A DNA stretch of 61,442 nt from Chloroflexota bacterium (GTDB lineage Bacteria; Chloroflexota; Anaerolineae; Anaerolineales; UBA4823), in NCBI GenBank assembly GCA_030611505.1, contig JAUWPO010000001.1:1-61442 (forward strand), read 5' to 3'. Each line of letters starts with the position of its first letter. Position 1 is the stretch's first letter. The notes below the pieces were generated by a model, which worked only from the letters and a program-made list of their open reading frames with translations, was not told the origin of the DNA and did no database searches. Positions 38,764 to 47,606 of this stretch are shown here, piece by piece. A program made the translations under genes and the position numbers.

Positions 38764-39252
38764 ATGAGCCCTTTACCAGCTAAACCTCGTGGTATGTATT
38801 TCGAGGAGTTTGAAGCAGGACAAAAGATTATTACTGCCGGTCGCACAATTACGGAAGCAGATATCGTCAATTTTGCTGGGCTATCTGGTGATTATAACCA
38901 AATGCACACAGATTCGCAGTATAGCAAAGTTTCGCCCTTTAATCAGCGGGTTGCACATGGATTGCTGGGTGTGGCGATCGGTTCTGGTTTGGCTACACAG
39001 ACGGGAGTGATGGAAGGCACGGTTATTGCATTCAGAGAGATTAAGAATTGGAAATTTATCAAGCCGATGTTTATTGGCGATACCATTCATGTCGAATTGG
39101 ATGTGAAAGGGACCAAAGCAATGCCTCGTATAGGTGGTGGTTCGGTTGAAATCGACTTAAGTGTAAAAAACCAAGCATCTGATACAGTTATGAAAGGTAC
39201 CTGGGTCGTCCTTATCGCTGCTCAACCAAATAAAATTTTCAAAAAAGCATAA
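38764..39252 (+). CDS. MaoC-like (R)-specific enoyl-CoA hydratase/dehydratase (hotdog fold)
   Basis: FAGLSGDYNQMHTDSQYS...VAHGLLGVAIGSG hydratase-2-type motif; 162 aa. Confidence 0.8.
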   Translation: MSPLPAKPRGMYFEEFEAGQKIITAGRTITEADIVNFAGLSGDYNQMHTDSQYSKVSPFNQRVAHGLLGVAIGSGLATQTGVMEGTVIAFREIKNWKFIKPMFIGDTIHVELDVKGTKAMPRIGGGSVEIDLSVKNQASDTVMKGTWVVLIAAQPNKIFKKA

Positions 39253-39288
39253 GCATTTTTAGTTGACCCCGGATATTTTTTTAAAGTA

Positions 39289-42200
39289 ATGACCGAAACT
39301 TCGCATCAAAAACAAGGCGAATCTCCTGGTGAGCGTTTTAGACGCCTGCTTTCTGAAAACGATCTCGAAGATGGTAAATCTTTGTCTGAAGAGGAGCTTA
39401 AAGGATTGGAGGTGCCTGAATCAACAGGTGTTTTGATCGAGGAAAATGCAGATTTTTCAGAGCTAGAGGGGGAGAGAAACGAGCAAAAAAGATCGACTTT
39501 AGATGACACAGCTCCTCTGCGTGTTGGCGAACATCCAAATTCGAACCAGCATGAGGGGAGTGAAGTTGTAAGAACGAAAGCAGAACCAACGGAGTCATTA
39601 CAGACAACTAGTAAAACTCCAACGCAGGTAAGTATACCACCCCCAATTTATCCGTCGGTACTTAGCAAGAAGCGTAAGAAACCAGAAAGGAAACTAAAAA
39701 CAGGAAGGAGAGCTTTAGGTTGCTTCCTGCGTGTGTCATTTGTAAGTGTGTTCGTTTTGATACTGGTGATACTCTGTGCCGCATCAATAGGGCTCTATCA
39801 GTATTACCAGATAGCATCTACATTACCGGACATCAGTGATATACGACAGCATGCATCTCAATTTGAGACAACGCGTATTCTCGACCGTAATGGTAATGTT
39901 CTTTATGAAATATTGGATCCAAACGCCGGTAGACGCACCTATGTTCCCCTAGAGAAAATTTCACCTTTTCTCGTTGCCGCGACTGTAGCCACGGAAGATA
40001 AAGGATTTTACAGTCATCCTGGATTTGATACATCTGCAATTGTGCGGGCTTTTATGCAGAATTATCAAAGTGGAGAGACAGTTTCGGGAGCTTCGACAAT
40101 CACCCAGCAGTTATCCAGAGCTTTGCTTTTTTCACCAGAGGAGCGCAGCGAACAATCCTACCAACGAAAAATACGCGAAGCCATTCTTGCAGCTGAAATC
40201 ACACGCAGATATTCAAAGGATGAAATCCTAGAACTTTATTTGAATGAAATTTATTACGGGAACCTGGCTTATGGTGTTCAAGCCGCAGCAGAAACCTACT
40301 TTGGGACGACGGCAGATAAATTGACTCTGGGCCAGGCAGCGTTTTTAGCCGGATTGCCACAAGCACCCGCTGTGTATGACGTATATACGAACCGAGAGGT
40401 CACATTTTCTCGCCAAGAAGATGTGCTTGTTCTTATGTACCAAGATAGTCAGGAGCAGGGGTGTATTTATGTGAGCAATAATCCGCAACGGATTTGTCTG
40501 GACCCAGTTGATGTCACAAATGCTGCGGTTGAAATCAAGAATTTTGAGTTCAAGTCGCCTAACATAAAAATTCGATCTCCTCATTGGGTGAATTATGTGC
40601 GCTCTCTACTTGAGGATCAATATGATGCCCAAACAATTTATCGAGCGGGTTTCACTGTATATACAACCCTAGATCCTGGAATACAAAAGATGGCTGAGGA
40701 GATCGTTCAGGAGCATATTAAGTCTCTTTCAGATAAGAATGCAAATGATGGCGCATTGGTAGCAATAAGTCCGGCGACGGGAGAAATTCTTGCTATGGTA
40801 GGTTCGGCGGATTTTTTTAGTGAAGAGATATCTGGACAGGTGAATATGGCGATAAGTCCTCGCCAACCTGGTTCGGCAATTAAACCGATCACTTACCTGG
40901 CAGCGTTTGAAAATGGATGGACACCAGCAACATTAATTTGGGATGTGCCGTCGGAGTTTCCACCATCAGGTCGACCAGATGACAGTCGTCCTCCATATAA
41001 ACCGGTCAATTTTGATGGACGATTTCACGGTCCTGTGACCGTGCGTTCAGCTTTGGCGAACTCATATAATGTGCCAGCAGTCAAAACCCTCGCATCTGTG
41101 GGGATATATGATGACCCAGCTAACGAATGGGACGATGGATTTATCTCTCTTGCGAAGAGATTGGGTATCACAACCCTAAATCAAGATGATTATGGTCTTT
41201 CATTAACCTTAGGTGGTGGAGAAGTTAATTTGCTTGAATTAACCAACGTTTATGCAACGCTTGCCAACAATGGAAGACTAATACCACCGGTCGCAATTAC
41301 ACGTATCCTGGATCACGAAGGGAATCTAGTATATGAATATAATCAGCCAACTGGTGAACAGGTGCTTAAACCGGAGAGTGCCTACCTGATTACGTCAATA
41401 CTTTCTGATAACCATGCCAGAACACCTGCATTTGGACCAAATTCGGTTCTCAATTTACCGTTCCCATCTGCTTCAAAAACAGGCACGACCAATGATTTTC
41501 GTGACAGTTTGACATTTGGATATAATCCAGATATATCAGTTGGGGTTTGGGTGGGGAATGCTGATTACACTCCTATGCAAAATGTCAGTGGACTTAATGG
41601 CGCGGCGCCGATCTGGGCAGAATTCACTGCATCTGCGGTACAACAACTTACCGGCGGTAATCCAACCCAATTTACAAGACCTGGTGGGATTGTGGAGCAG
41701 GTTATCTGCGCGATTTCAGGTACATTACCGTCGAAATGGTGTCCAAAACAAACGAGCGAGTTGTTTGCGGCTGACCAACCCCCTTTACCAAAAGAAGAAG
41801 ACCTTTGGCAGAAAGTATTGTTGGATACATGGACCGGGCTGCGGGCATCTTCTGCCTGTTCAGATTTTGTTGAAAATGAATTCGCTCTGAATGTAACTGA
41901 TCCTTGGGCGAAGAAATGGATAAAAAAGAATCCTGAAGGACAGACCTGGGCAGAAGAAATGGGTTTCCAAGATCCAGTTATATTTGCACCAAATCGTTAT
42001 TGTCAAGCGGATGATCCGCGACCAATATTGGCCTTCACATCTCCGGAAGATTATGAGACGATCACATCCAGTCCGTTAGGCATCTATGGGATGGCAGATG
42101 CGACAGAGGGGTTTGATTCCGTACAGTTGGAATACGGGAAGGGGGAAGACCCAGTTGAATGGAAGACTTTGGCAAAAGGTAAAGAACGAATTAATCGTCC

Positions 42201-42534
42201 TGAACTGCTCTATAGTTGGGATTTGGAGGACATTCCAGAGGGTGTTATCACTTTGAAACTTACCGTATATAGCACTGAAGATACTTATGCTGAGACTTTG
42301 CTACATTTGAATCTTCAGGTTCCGACTCCCACTCCAACGCCCACTAATACTCCGACGCAAACCCCAACTTTCACTCCTACTCCAACGATGACCCCTACAA
42401 AAACCCCAAAACCTAGTATGACACCAACCCAGACGAATACATCCACACCCATCGTCGAACATACATTTACACCAACCGTCGAAGAATCTCCTACACCAAC
42501 CGGAGGATCAGTACTCGCCCCATCTGGGAGATAA
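39289..42534 (+). CDS. Class A penicillin-binding protein (glycosyltransferase + transpeptidase) with a C-terminal Pro/Thr-rich tail
   Basis: GT51 motifs EDKGFYSHPGFD and RKIREA. Transpeptidase motifs GSAIKP (SxxK), NSYNVPA (SxN) and SKTGTTND (KTG). An N-terminal TM helix is present. Confidence 0.9.
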   Translation: MTETSHQKQGESPGERFRRLLSENDLEDGKSLSEEELKGLEVPESTGVLIEENADFSELEGERNEQKRSTLDDTAPLRVGEHPNSNQHEGSEVVRTKAEPTESLQTTSKTPTQVSIPPPIYPSVLSKKRKKPERKLKTGRRALGCFLRVSFVSVFVLILVILCAASIGLYQYYQIASTLPDISDIRQHASQFETTRILDRNGNVLYEILDPNAGRRTYVPLEKISPFLVAATVATEDKGFYSHPGFDTSAIVRAFMQNYQSGETVSGASTITQQLSRALLFSPEERSEQSYQRKIREAILAAEITRRYSKDEILELYLNEIYYGNLAYGVQAAAETYFGTTADKLTLGQAAFLAGLPQAPAVYDVYTNREVTFSRQEDVLVLMYQDSQEQGCIYVSNNPQRICLDPVDVTNAAVEIKNFEFKSPNIKIRSPHWVNYVRSLLEDQYDAQTIYRAGFTVYTTLDPGIQKMAEEIVQEHIKSLSDKNANDGALVAISPATGEILAMVGSADFFSEEISGQVNMAISPRQPGSAIKPITYLAAFENGWTPATLIWDVPSEFPPSGRPDDSRPPYKPVNFDGRFHGPVTVRSALANSYNVPAVKTLASVGIYDDPANEWDDGFISLAKRLGITTLNQDDYGLSLTLGGGEVNLLELTNVYATLANNGRLIPPVAITRILDHEGNLVYEYNQPTGEQVLKPESAYLITSILSDNHARTPAFGPNSVLNLPFPSASKTGTTNDFRDSLTFGYNPDISVGVWVGNADYTPMQNVSGLNGAAPIWAEFTASAVQQLTGGNPTQFTRPGGIVEQVICAISGTLPSKWCPKQTSELFAADQPPLPKEEDLWQKVLLDTWTGLRASSACSDFVENEFALNVTDPWAKKWIKKNPEGQTWAEEMGFQDPVIFAPNRYCQADDPRPILAFTSPEDYETITSSPLGIYGMADATEGFDSVQLEYGKGEDPVEWKTLAKGKERINRPELLYSWDLEDIPEGVITLKLTVYSTEDTYAETLLHLNLQVPTPTPTPTNTPTQTPTFTPTPTMTPTKTPKPSMTPTQTNTSTPIVEHTFTPTVEESPTPTGGSVLAPSGR

Positions 42535-42618
42535 TTTTATAAAGTCCTTTCTTATTAATATAGTCCGATCGGATATTTCTAAACCTTTGTTATATATCAC
42601 CAAGATTATTAATATTGA

Positions 42619-45003
42619 CTAAATAAAAGTCATCTGGGGATCAGTGTTTGCCAATGGGTCGAGGGCAAGATAACGTTGAAGATTATCCCGAGTGAGAAGA
42701 TTGTTTTCAGAGAGCCTGCGCAAATTTCGAAATTTCAGAAATTGCCATCTAAATTCAACGGCATTTCTTAAATGAGCATCTTGTTGGAGTTTGTAACCTA
42801 ATAAACCTGCTCTACCACCAGGGAGGACAATAATTCTTTGTAAGTGTAGTCCATCAATATTCAATCCACCAATACAAAAATCATTAATCTGAAAGATTAT
42901 ATTACTTATTATTGCAGTTGAAATCACAAAGAATTCGAATTTTATTTCACCGCCAGTATCCTGCCAAGTCAAGGATGGCAGAATGGAAATCGATAGAGGC
43001 ATCCCCAGTTTTAATTGTTCGGCTTCAAATCGTGATACTTCATACTTCAAATCAATTCCGATTTGCTCAAGGTGATACTTCATCTCGGTTATGTCTTCAT
43101 TCCGCCCTTCAGTTGTATCCTGGGTGCGTAAAATCCAACAGTCGCTTTTATGTGGTTCTAGTTTCCCATATGATTTCATAGATTGAAGGACCAGGTCTCG
43201 TTCAGGTGTTAGAAGACCAGGGAAAGCTTGACAAGCAAATTTATCTATTTCGGAAGATGAACATCCAGGATGCTCCTGCAAGTAATTGGCAACTTTGATT
43301 TCCACCTGGTCGGATAATGTGACGAACTTGCCGCTCTTATATAGTTTTTCACTATCTTCGTGTGACAACCAGTAATTGGCGGTGTCCAGAGAGTGTTCGC
43401 TTCCACCATACCTAGTATATCCATTCTTTTCAAAGAGCAATTCCTGGAAATTATTGTTTATTCGAGCAAGTGTATTCGAAGGTGTATCAATATTTGGTGG
43501 TATCACCGTCGTGTGCGATTCCGCTAAGGAAAATAGGACAGAACTATCTAATCTAAGATAGCTGACAGGTTCGCAACAAAAACGCAGATAGTTATCGGCT
43601 GCCTGATGGAAAAAGTTTAATAATTCTGTATCGGATTCCTGCCTTGTTTTATTTTTAATAATATCTTGATCCGTACTCCGTATCCAATAAAGCTGGGCTT
43701 GTCCAATCTCTTCACGCAATGAAACATTTATAAGTTTGAATCCAGCCATCCAAGCTGCAATGATGGCAGCAGAAAGAAAACCTGCTTCGGCTTCACCAAT
43801 AATGCCCATGATTGGGATGCCAGGTCCCAATATTTGAATCAATCCGCTAAATGCTTTTTGTAAGGCAGTACAGTGCCAAGCCCAATCGTATCTGCGACGC
43901 CGAAGGACGCCTTTAATTTTTGCGGCTTCATCACGCCCCCACAACCAACCCGCCCATAACGCCGACAACGACCAATAAGCCTGATTAGGACGAGGAAGGG
44001 CTCCCGAAACAGCTTTTATCTCAATTGGGAGGGGATCTTTAAGGATTTGAATAACCAGATCGTTGAGACGACCATCAAATAAGCAAATACCGCCGCTGTT
44101 AGGTGGAAGTTCCGGCCAAGAAGTTATTGGAATTGGATAAAACTCCAGTTCCTTTGCTGAAGTATTTTGTGACCAGAGTGAAACTGCGTTCTCCAGTTCA
44201 AGCCATATATTATTTTCCCGAAATTGGGACGGCACATTCAATTTGCGGGGGCGAGTCCGTTCCGTGGGGTATTGCCACAAAGTGTTCGCTTTATCGAATA
44301 CAGGAAGCAATAAAGCTGCGAGCGCCCGGTGACGGTTTGGCGGTAGATTATCCAGTTTATTTATTATTGTGAATAGGGCATATACAGCTCGTGGCAAATA
44401 AGTCGATAAGGCTTCTTCTACATGAACCCTGTCTGGGTCGTCTAAAGCAGCAACCCTTTCAAGTGCTCTCGCATGATGGAGACTACTTTTACCGAAATGA
44501 GCGGCACGCTTAGCATCCGATTCTGAGGTTGGAAACTCACCTGATTCCATGCAATTTGGACAGTTATAGATTCGGCTCGTGGGAACTGAGTCGCCGCGTT
44601 TCCAAATGAACGCCTCGGCTGATACAGATTTTCCACATTGGAGGCACTCTGTGAGGTAAAGTGAACGAATGTGTGGTTCAAGACGTTCCTCTCCCTTAGG
44701 AGAAATCGCCAAATCGGCTAATGCGGCTCGAAGTTCTGACTCTGTCGGTGGATCAGCCGCTAATTCCAACAAGAAACGTGCAATGGGATTGTAAGCTGCG
44801 ACAAGTACCCGATAACCGGCACGAGCAGCTTCTGTTGCTAATTGGGGTGAGGCTCCAAAGGGATCGAGAATCCAAGCACCTTGCGAAACTCGTTCCTTGA
44901 GCCAGTTCTCAATTATACCTCCAGGAATCGGGGGTAAATAGCGGCTCAGAGGGACTTGTTGAGCTTCATAACTACCTGGAATGAAGGGATATGAACCGAA
45001 CAC
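42619..45003 (-). CDS. Uncharacterised 794-aa protein: degenerate SAM-methyltransferase-like N-terminus with an inserted Cys4 ribbon; the remainder is unassigned
   Basis: AWILDPFGASPQLATEAARAGYRVLVAAYNP resembles MTase motif I. CLQCGK...(24 aa)...CPNC forms the ribbon. I found no (D/N/S)PP(Y/F) motif. GTG start has a weak RBS. Confidence 0.35.
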   Translation of the reverse strand: MFGSYPFIPGSYEAQQVPLSRYLPPIPGGIIENWLKERVSQGAWILDPFGASPQLATEAARAGYRVLVAAYNPIARFLLELAADPPTESELRAALADLAISPKGEERLEPHIRSLYLTECLQCGKSVSAEAFIWKRGDSVPTSRIYNCPNCMESGEFPTSESDAKRAAHFGKSSLHHARALERVAALDDPDRVHVEEALSTYLPRAVYALFTIINKLDNLPPNRHRALAALLLPVFDKANTLWQYPTERTRPRKLNVPSQFRENNIWLELENAVSLWSQNTSAKELEFYPIPITSWPELPPNSGGICLFDGRLNDLVIQILKDPLPIEIKAVSGALPRPNQAYWSLSALWAGWLWGRDEAAKIKGVLRRRRYDWAWHCTALQKAFSGLIQILGPGIPIMGIIGEAEAGFLSAAIIAAWMAGFKLINVSLREEIGQAQLYWIRSTDQDIIKNKTRQESDTELLNFFHQAADNYLRFCCEPVSYLRLDSSVLFSLAESHTTVIPPNIDTPSNTLARINNNFQELLFEKNGYTRYGGSEHSLDTANYWLSHEDSEKLYKSGKFVTLSDQVEIKVANYLQEHPGCSSSEIDKFACQAFPGLLTPERDLVLQSMKSYGKLEPHKSDCWILRTQDTTEGRNEDITEMKYHLEQIGIDLKYEVSRFEAEQLKLGMPLSISILPSLTWQDTGGEIKFEFFVISTAIISNIIFQINDFCIGGLNIDGLHLQRIIVLPGGRAGLLGYKLQQDAHLRNAVEFRWQFLKFRNLRRLSENNLLTRDNLQRYLALDPLANTDPQMTFI

Positions 45004-45141
45004 CGCTTACTCTCAGCCATTAAAAAACGAGTTGAGGATACCTACAACTTCCAAGTTCATGTGGAAATCTTAATTCGTAATACGAGCTATAACATTACTT
45101 GCAATTTAGATAATTGTAATCGAGTCCTTGATTAATTAAGT

Positions 45142-45300
45142 TTAGAGATAGTGCAGATCATTCGCCTGTTTCAGTAATTCTTCTCGGAATTGTGGGTGAC
45201 CAATATTGATCAATGATCTTGAACGCTGTCGGATGGTTATTCCGAATAAATCGGCTATTCCGTACTCAGTGACTACAAACCAGACATGATTGCGCGTAGT
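45142..45300 (-). pseudogene. Remnant: the last ~52 codons of an acetyl-CoA hydrolase/transferase (4-hydroxybutyrate CoA-transferase family) gene
   Basis: My translation: TTRNHVWFVVTEYGIADLFGITIRQRSRSLINIGHPQFREELLKQANDLHYL*. It matches the conserved C-terminal VVTEYG(I/V)A.L.G...R.RA..LI.IAHP.FR..L block. There is no upstream coding continuation. Confidence 0.65.
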
Positions 45301-45626
45301 CACAACCTATCAATTTTATCCTGGCGCGCAGAACCAAAATGGATTAATCCAGCAATAGTTGCTCCAGGTTGAAGCCAATCAATTTCTTCTAACAAGGGTC
45401 TTGCAACTTTTAATAGAAGATCGGCGCGTCCGAAAACTTCGTGAGAGGAGTAAGCGATTATTGCACCTGCTTGCTGGTATTCCTGATCGCTAAATCCAGC
45501 TCCTAAACCGGCTTCATGTTCCACATAGCATTGATGTCCATTTTTTGTCAACATTTTTAAGCTTGAGGGTGTAAGACCGACGCGGTACTCAAATGGTCGT
45601 CGTTCTTTCGGTATGCAGACGTTCAT
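45300..45626 (-). pseudogene. Truncated alanine dehydrogenase/PNT-family gene (N-terminal 108 codons only)
   Basis: MNVCIPKERRPFEYRVGLTPSSLKMLTKNGHQCYVEHEAGLGAGFSDQEYQQAGA... is an AlaDh_PNT_N domain. It stops about one third of the way into the expected length and keeps its RBS (GAGGTG). Confidence 0.65.
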
Positions 45627-45803
45627 TCTTCACCTCATATTCCCGCTTCGTATACTTTATTTTTATTAGAATTTAGTATGTCTAAATTTTACTCCTCAAA
45701 AAAACCTCGTCCAGGTTTATCAGTTGGGCGAGAGTGCTCGTTGTGGTTCTTTTTTGAATGAATTAGTTACTCATCCGGATCAAGTAGAGGATTGAAAAAA
45801 CGA

Positions 45804-46307
45804 TCAGACAGAATTCTTGTGGTTATTCCATTTTTTCTCAAACTTCCTGATCTGGCGCTGAATATGCCAAGCATATGGGTCAGCAACTTCTCTTTTACTA
45901 CTGACTAATCGCATGGAATCGTCGGCTGAATATCCCTTAGCAATTAGTATAGTTGAAGCCATTGCCACACTGCGGTGTCGACCTTGGCGACAATATATGA
46001 GCACACTTTCACCATTCTGGATAGCTGGTAAGGCAGCCTCTACCCCTTTTTCCAGCTTGTGAATTGGAATTGGAATAAAAATAAAATCGAAGGTACGCAG
46101 GGTGAGCATGCGGAAAGGTGGTTCCTGATAAACTTTCGCTGGCGTGAAGAATTTCATATTTATCACTAAGCGCACATTTAGATTGGATAATGCGCCTGCA
46201 TACTCAGCGTTTGGTGAAGCGGCAACGTAAAGATATTCCGTAATTTGAGAAATATCCAGCTTGCTTAAAGACCGTGGCTTGTTGTGATTATTGGTGTTGG
46301 TAGGCAT
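45804..46307 (-). CDS. Dual-specificity/tyrosine phosphatase-like protein (CX5R)
   Basis: VLIYCRQGRHRSVAMAS P-loop signature; 167 aa. The ATG abuts the stop of the upstream radical-SAM gene. Confidence 0.7.
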   Translation of the reverse strand: MPTNTNNHNKPRSLSKLDISQITEYLYVAASPNAEYAGALSNLNVRLVINMKFFTPAKVYQEPPFRMLTLRTFDFIFIPIPIHKLEKGVEAALPAIQNGESVLIYCRQGRHRSVAMASTILIAKGYSADDSMRLVSSKREVADPYAWHIQRQIRKFEKKWNNHKNSV

Positions 46308-47519
46308 TTATTCTCTATCCAAGAATTTTTCTGCTGCTAGTATTTGCATAATATCACCCGCTTCTCGGTTCTGGCGCAGCAAAGCTGCCATAATTCGCAT
46401 AGGACGATCGATATGGTTGAAGAAGGTCTTATAGCCCTCGCAGAGATAATTCAAGCCGTGTTCGCCATCTGGTGTTTCGATAAACCGGTTTTTAGGACAA
46501 CCGCCGTTACAGGCAAAACGGACTTCACATTCCAGACAATAATTGGGCAATGAATCTTGCTTTTCCTGACCAAATTTGCGCTGTTTTTCAGAACCGACAA
46601 GATTAATCATTGGTTCTTCTCTGATATTACCAAGAAAATATCTTGGTTCGACGAAATGGTCACACGAGTACATATCGCCGTTATGTTCCATCGCCATAGA
46701 GTTACCGCAGGCAGGGGAGAAGATGCATAAGCTTGGTGGTCTACCCAGCCATGCACCTAATGAAACATCATGTATCTGGACGAATACATCTCCAACATCG
46801 TGGTATACCCATTCGTCAAATATTGCGTTAAGAAAGTTGCCATATTGTTTGGCTTTTACTGTCCTATCAGTGACAGTATTACCTTCCTGGTATCCGGTTT
46901 CATTTTCTCTTTCAACGATTGGAATAAATTGAAAGAATTTAGCGCCAATCTCGTCGCGGAAGAAGCGATACACTTCAAGGGGGTAATCACCATTAGCAGC
47001 GTGGACAGTTGTCAGTATGTTAAAGTCCACATAGTGCTTCTGTAAGTAATGCAGCCCACGCATCACACGATCAAATGAGCCCTTGCCTCCTTTATCCACC
47101 CGGTAGGCATCATGCAGTTCTTTCGGACCATCGATGCTGATACCTATCAAGAAATTATTCTCTTTAAAAAATTGGCACCATTCATCATCCAGAAGCACCC
47201 CATTTGTTTGCATTGTGTTCTGAAAGGTCATATGGGGTTTCTTGTATATCTGTTGGTATTCGATCGACTTTTTAAAGAAATCAACCCCCATCAATGTGGG
47301 TTCACCGCCTTGCCAGGCAATTGTTACCTCTGGGATTTGTTGAGCATCTATGTATTGGCGGATATATTCCTCTAATAATTCATCCGTCATTCGGAAGCGG
47401 CTGCCGGGATAAAGTTTCTCCTTAGTCAAGAAAAAACAGTACGTACAATTAAGGTTGCAAACCGCACCGGTAGGTTTTGCCAATAAGTGAAATGATGGAG
47501 GTACATTTGTCGGGGTCAT
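46308..47519 (-). CDS. Radical SAM/SPASM enzyme of the anaerobic sulfatase-maturating enzyme (anSME) type
   Basis: HLLAKPTGAVCNLNCTYCFF (CxxxCxxC), WQGGEPTL and a C-terminal Cys cluster (CDHF..., CLECEVRFACNGGCPKNRF). Confidence 0.8.
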   Translation of the reverse strand: MTPTNVPPSFHLLAKPTGAVCNLNCTYCFFLTKEKLYPGSRFRMTDELLEEYIRQYIDAQQIPEVTIAWQGGEPTLMGVDFFKKSIEYQQIYKKPHMTFQNTMQTNGVLLDDEWCQFFKENNFLIGISIDGPKELHDAYRVDKGGKGSFDRVMRGLHYLQKHYVDFNILTTVHAANGDYPLEVYRFFRDEIGAKFFQFIPIVERENETGYQEGNTVTDRTVKAKQYGNFLNAIFDEWVYHDVGDVFVQIHDVSLGAWLGRPPSLCIFSPACGNSMAMEHNGDMYSCDHFVEPRYFLGNIREEPMINLVGSEKQRKFGQEKQDSLPNYCLECEVRFACNGGCPKNRFIETPDGEHGLNYLCEGYKTFFNHIDRPMRIMAALLRQNREAGDIMQILAAEKFLDRE

Positions 47520-47606
47520 AAAATAATTCCTTTTGAGTAAGTGTTTAGTGTTGGTGATAAGTACACATTTATTGAATTGGTTTCACTTCCTGCGATCATC
47601 CCACAC

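Noticed and set aside
42319-42525. Repetitive ACN/CCN-rich DNA that looks like a minisatellite
   Set aside because: It is in frame within the PBP gene and encodes a Pro/Thr-rich low-complexity linker (PTPTPTPTNTPTQTPTFTPTPTMTPTKTP...). A similar linker occurs in the PpiC-type protein (about 33384-33618). This is a compositional feature of secreted proteins, not a DNA repeat element.
46308-47519. Radical SAM/SPASM enzyme as a RiPP maturase with a nearby precursor peptide
   Set aside because: The flanking gaps (87 nt upstream, 0 nt downstream) contain no small ORF. The sequence matches the anSME subfamily closely rather than peptide-modifying SPASM groups. It is kept as a finding only for the odd phosphatase coupling.
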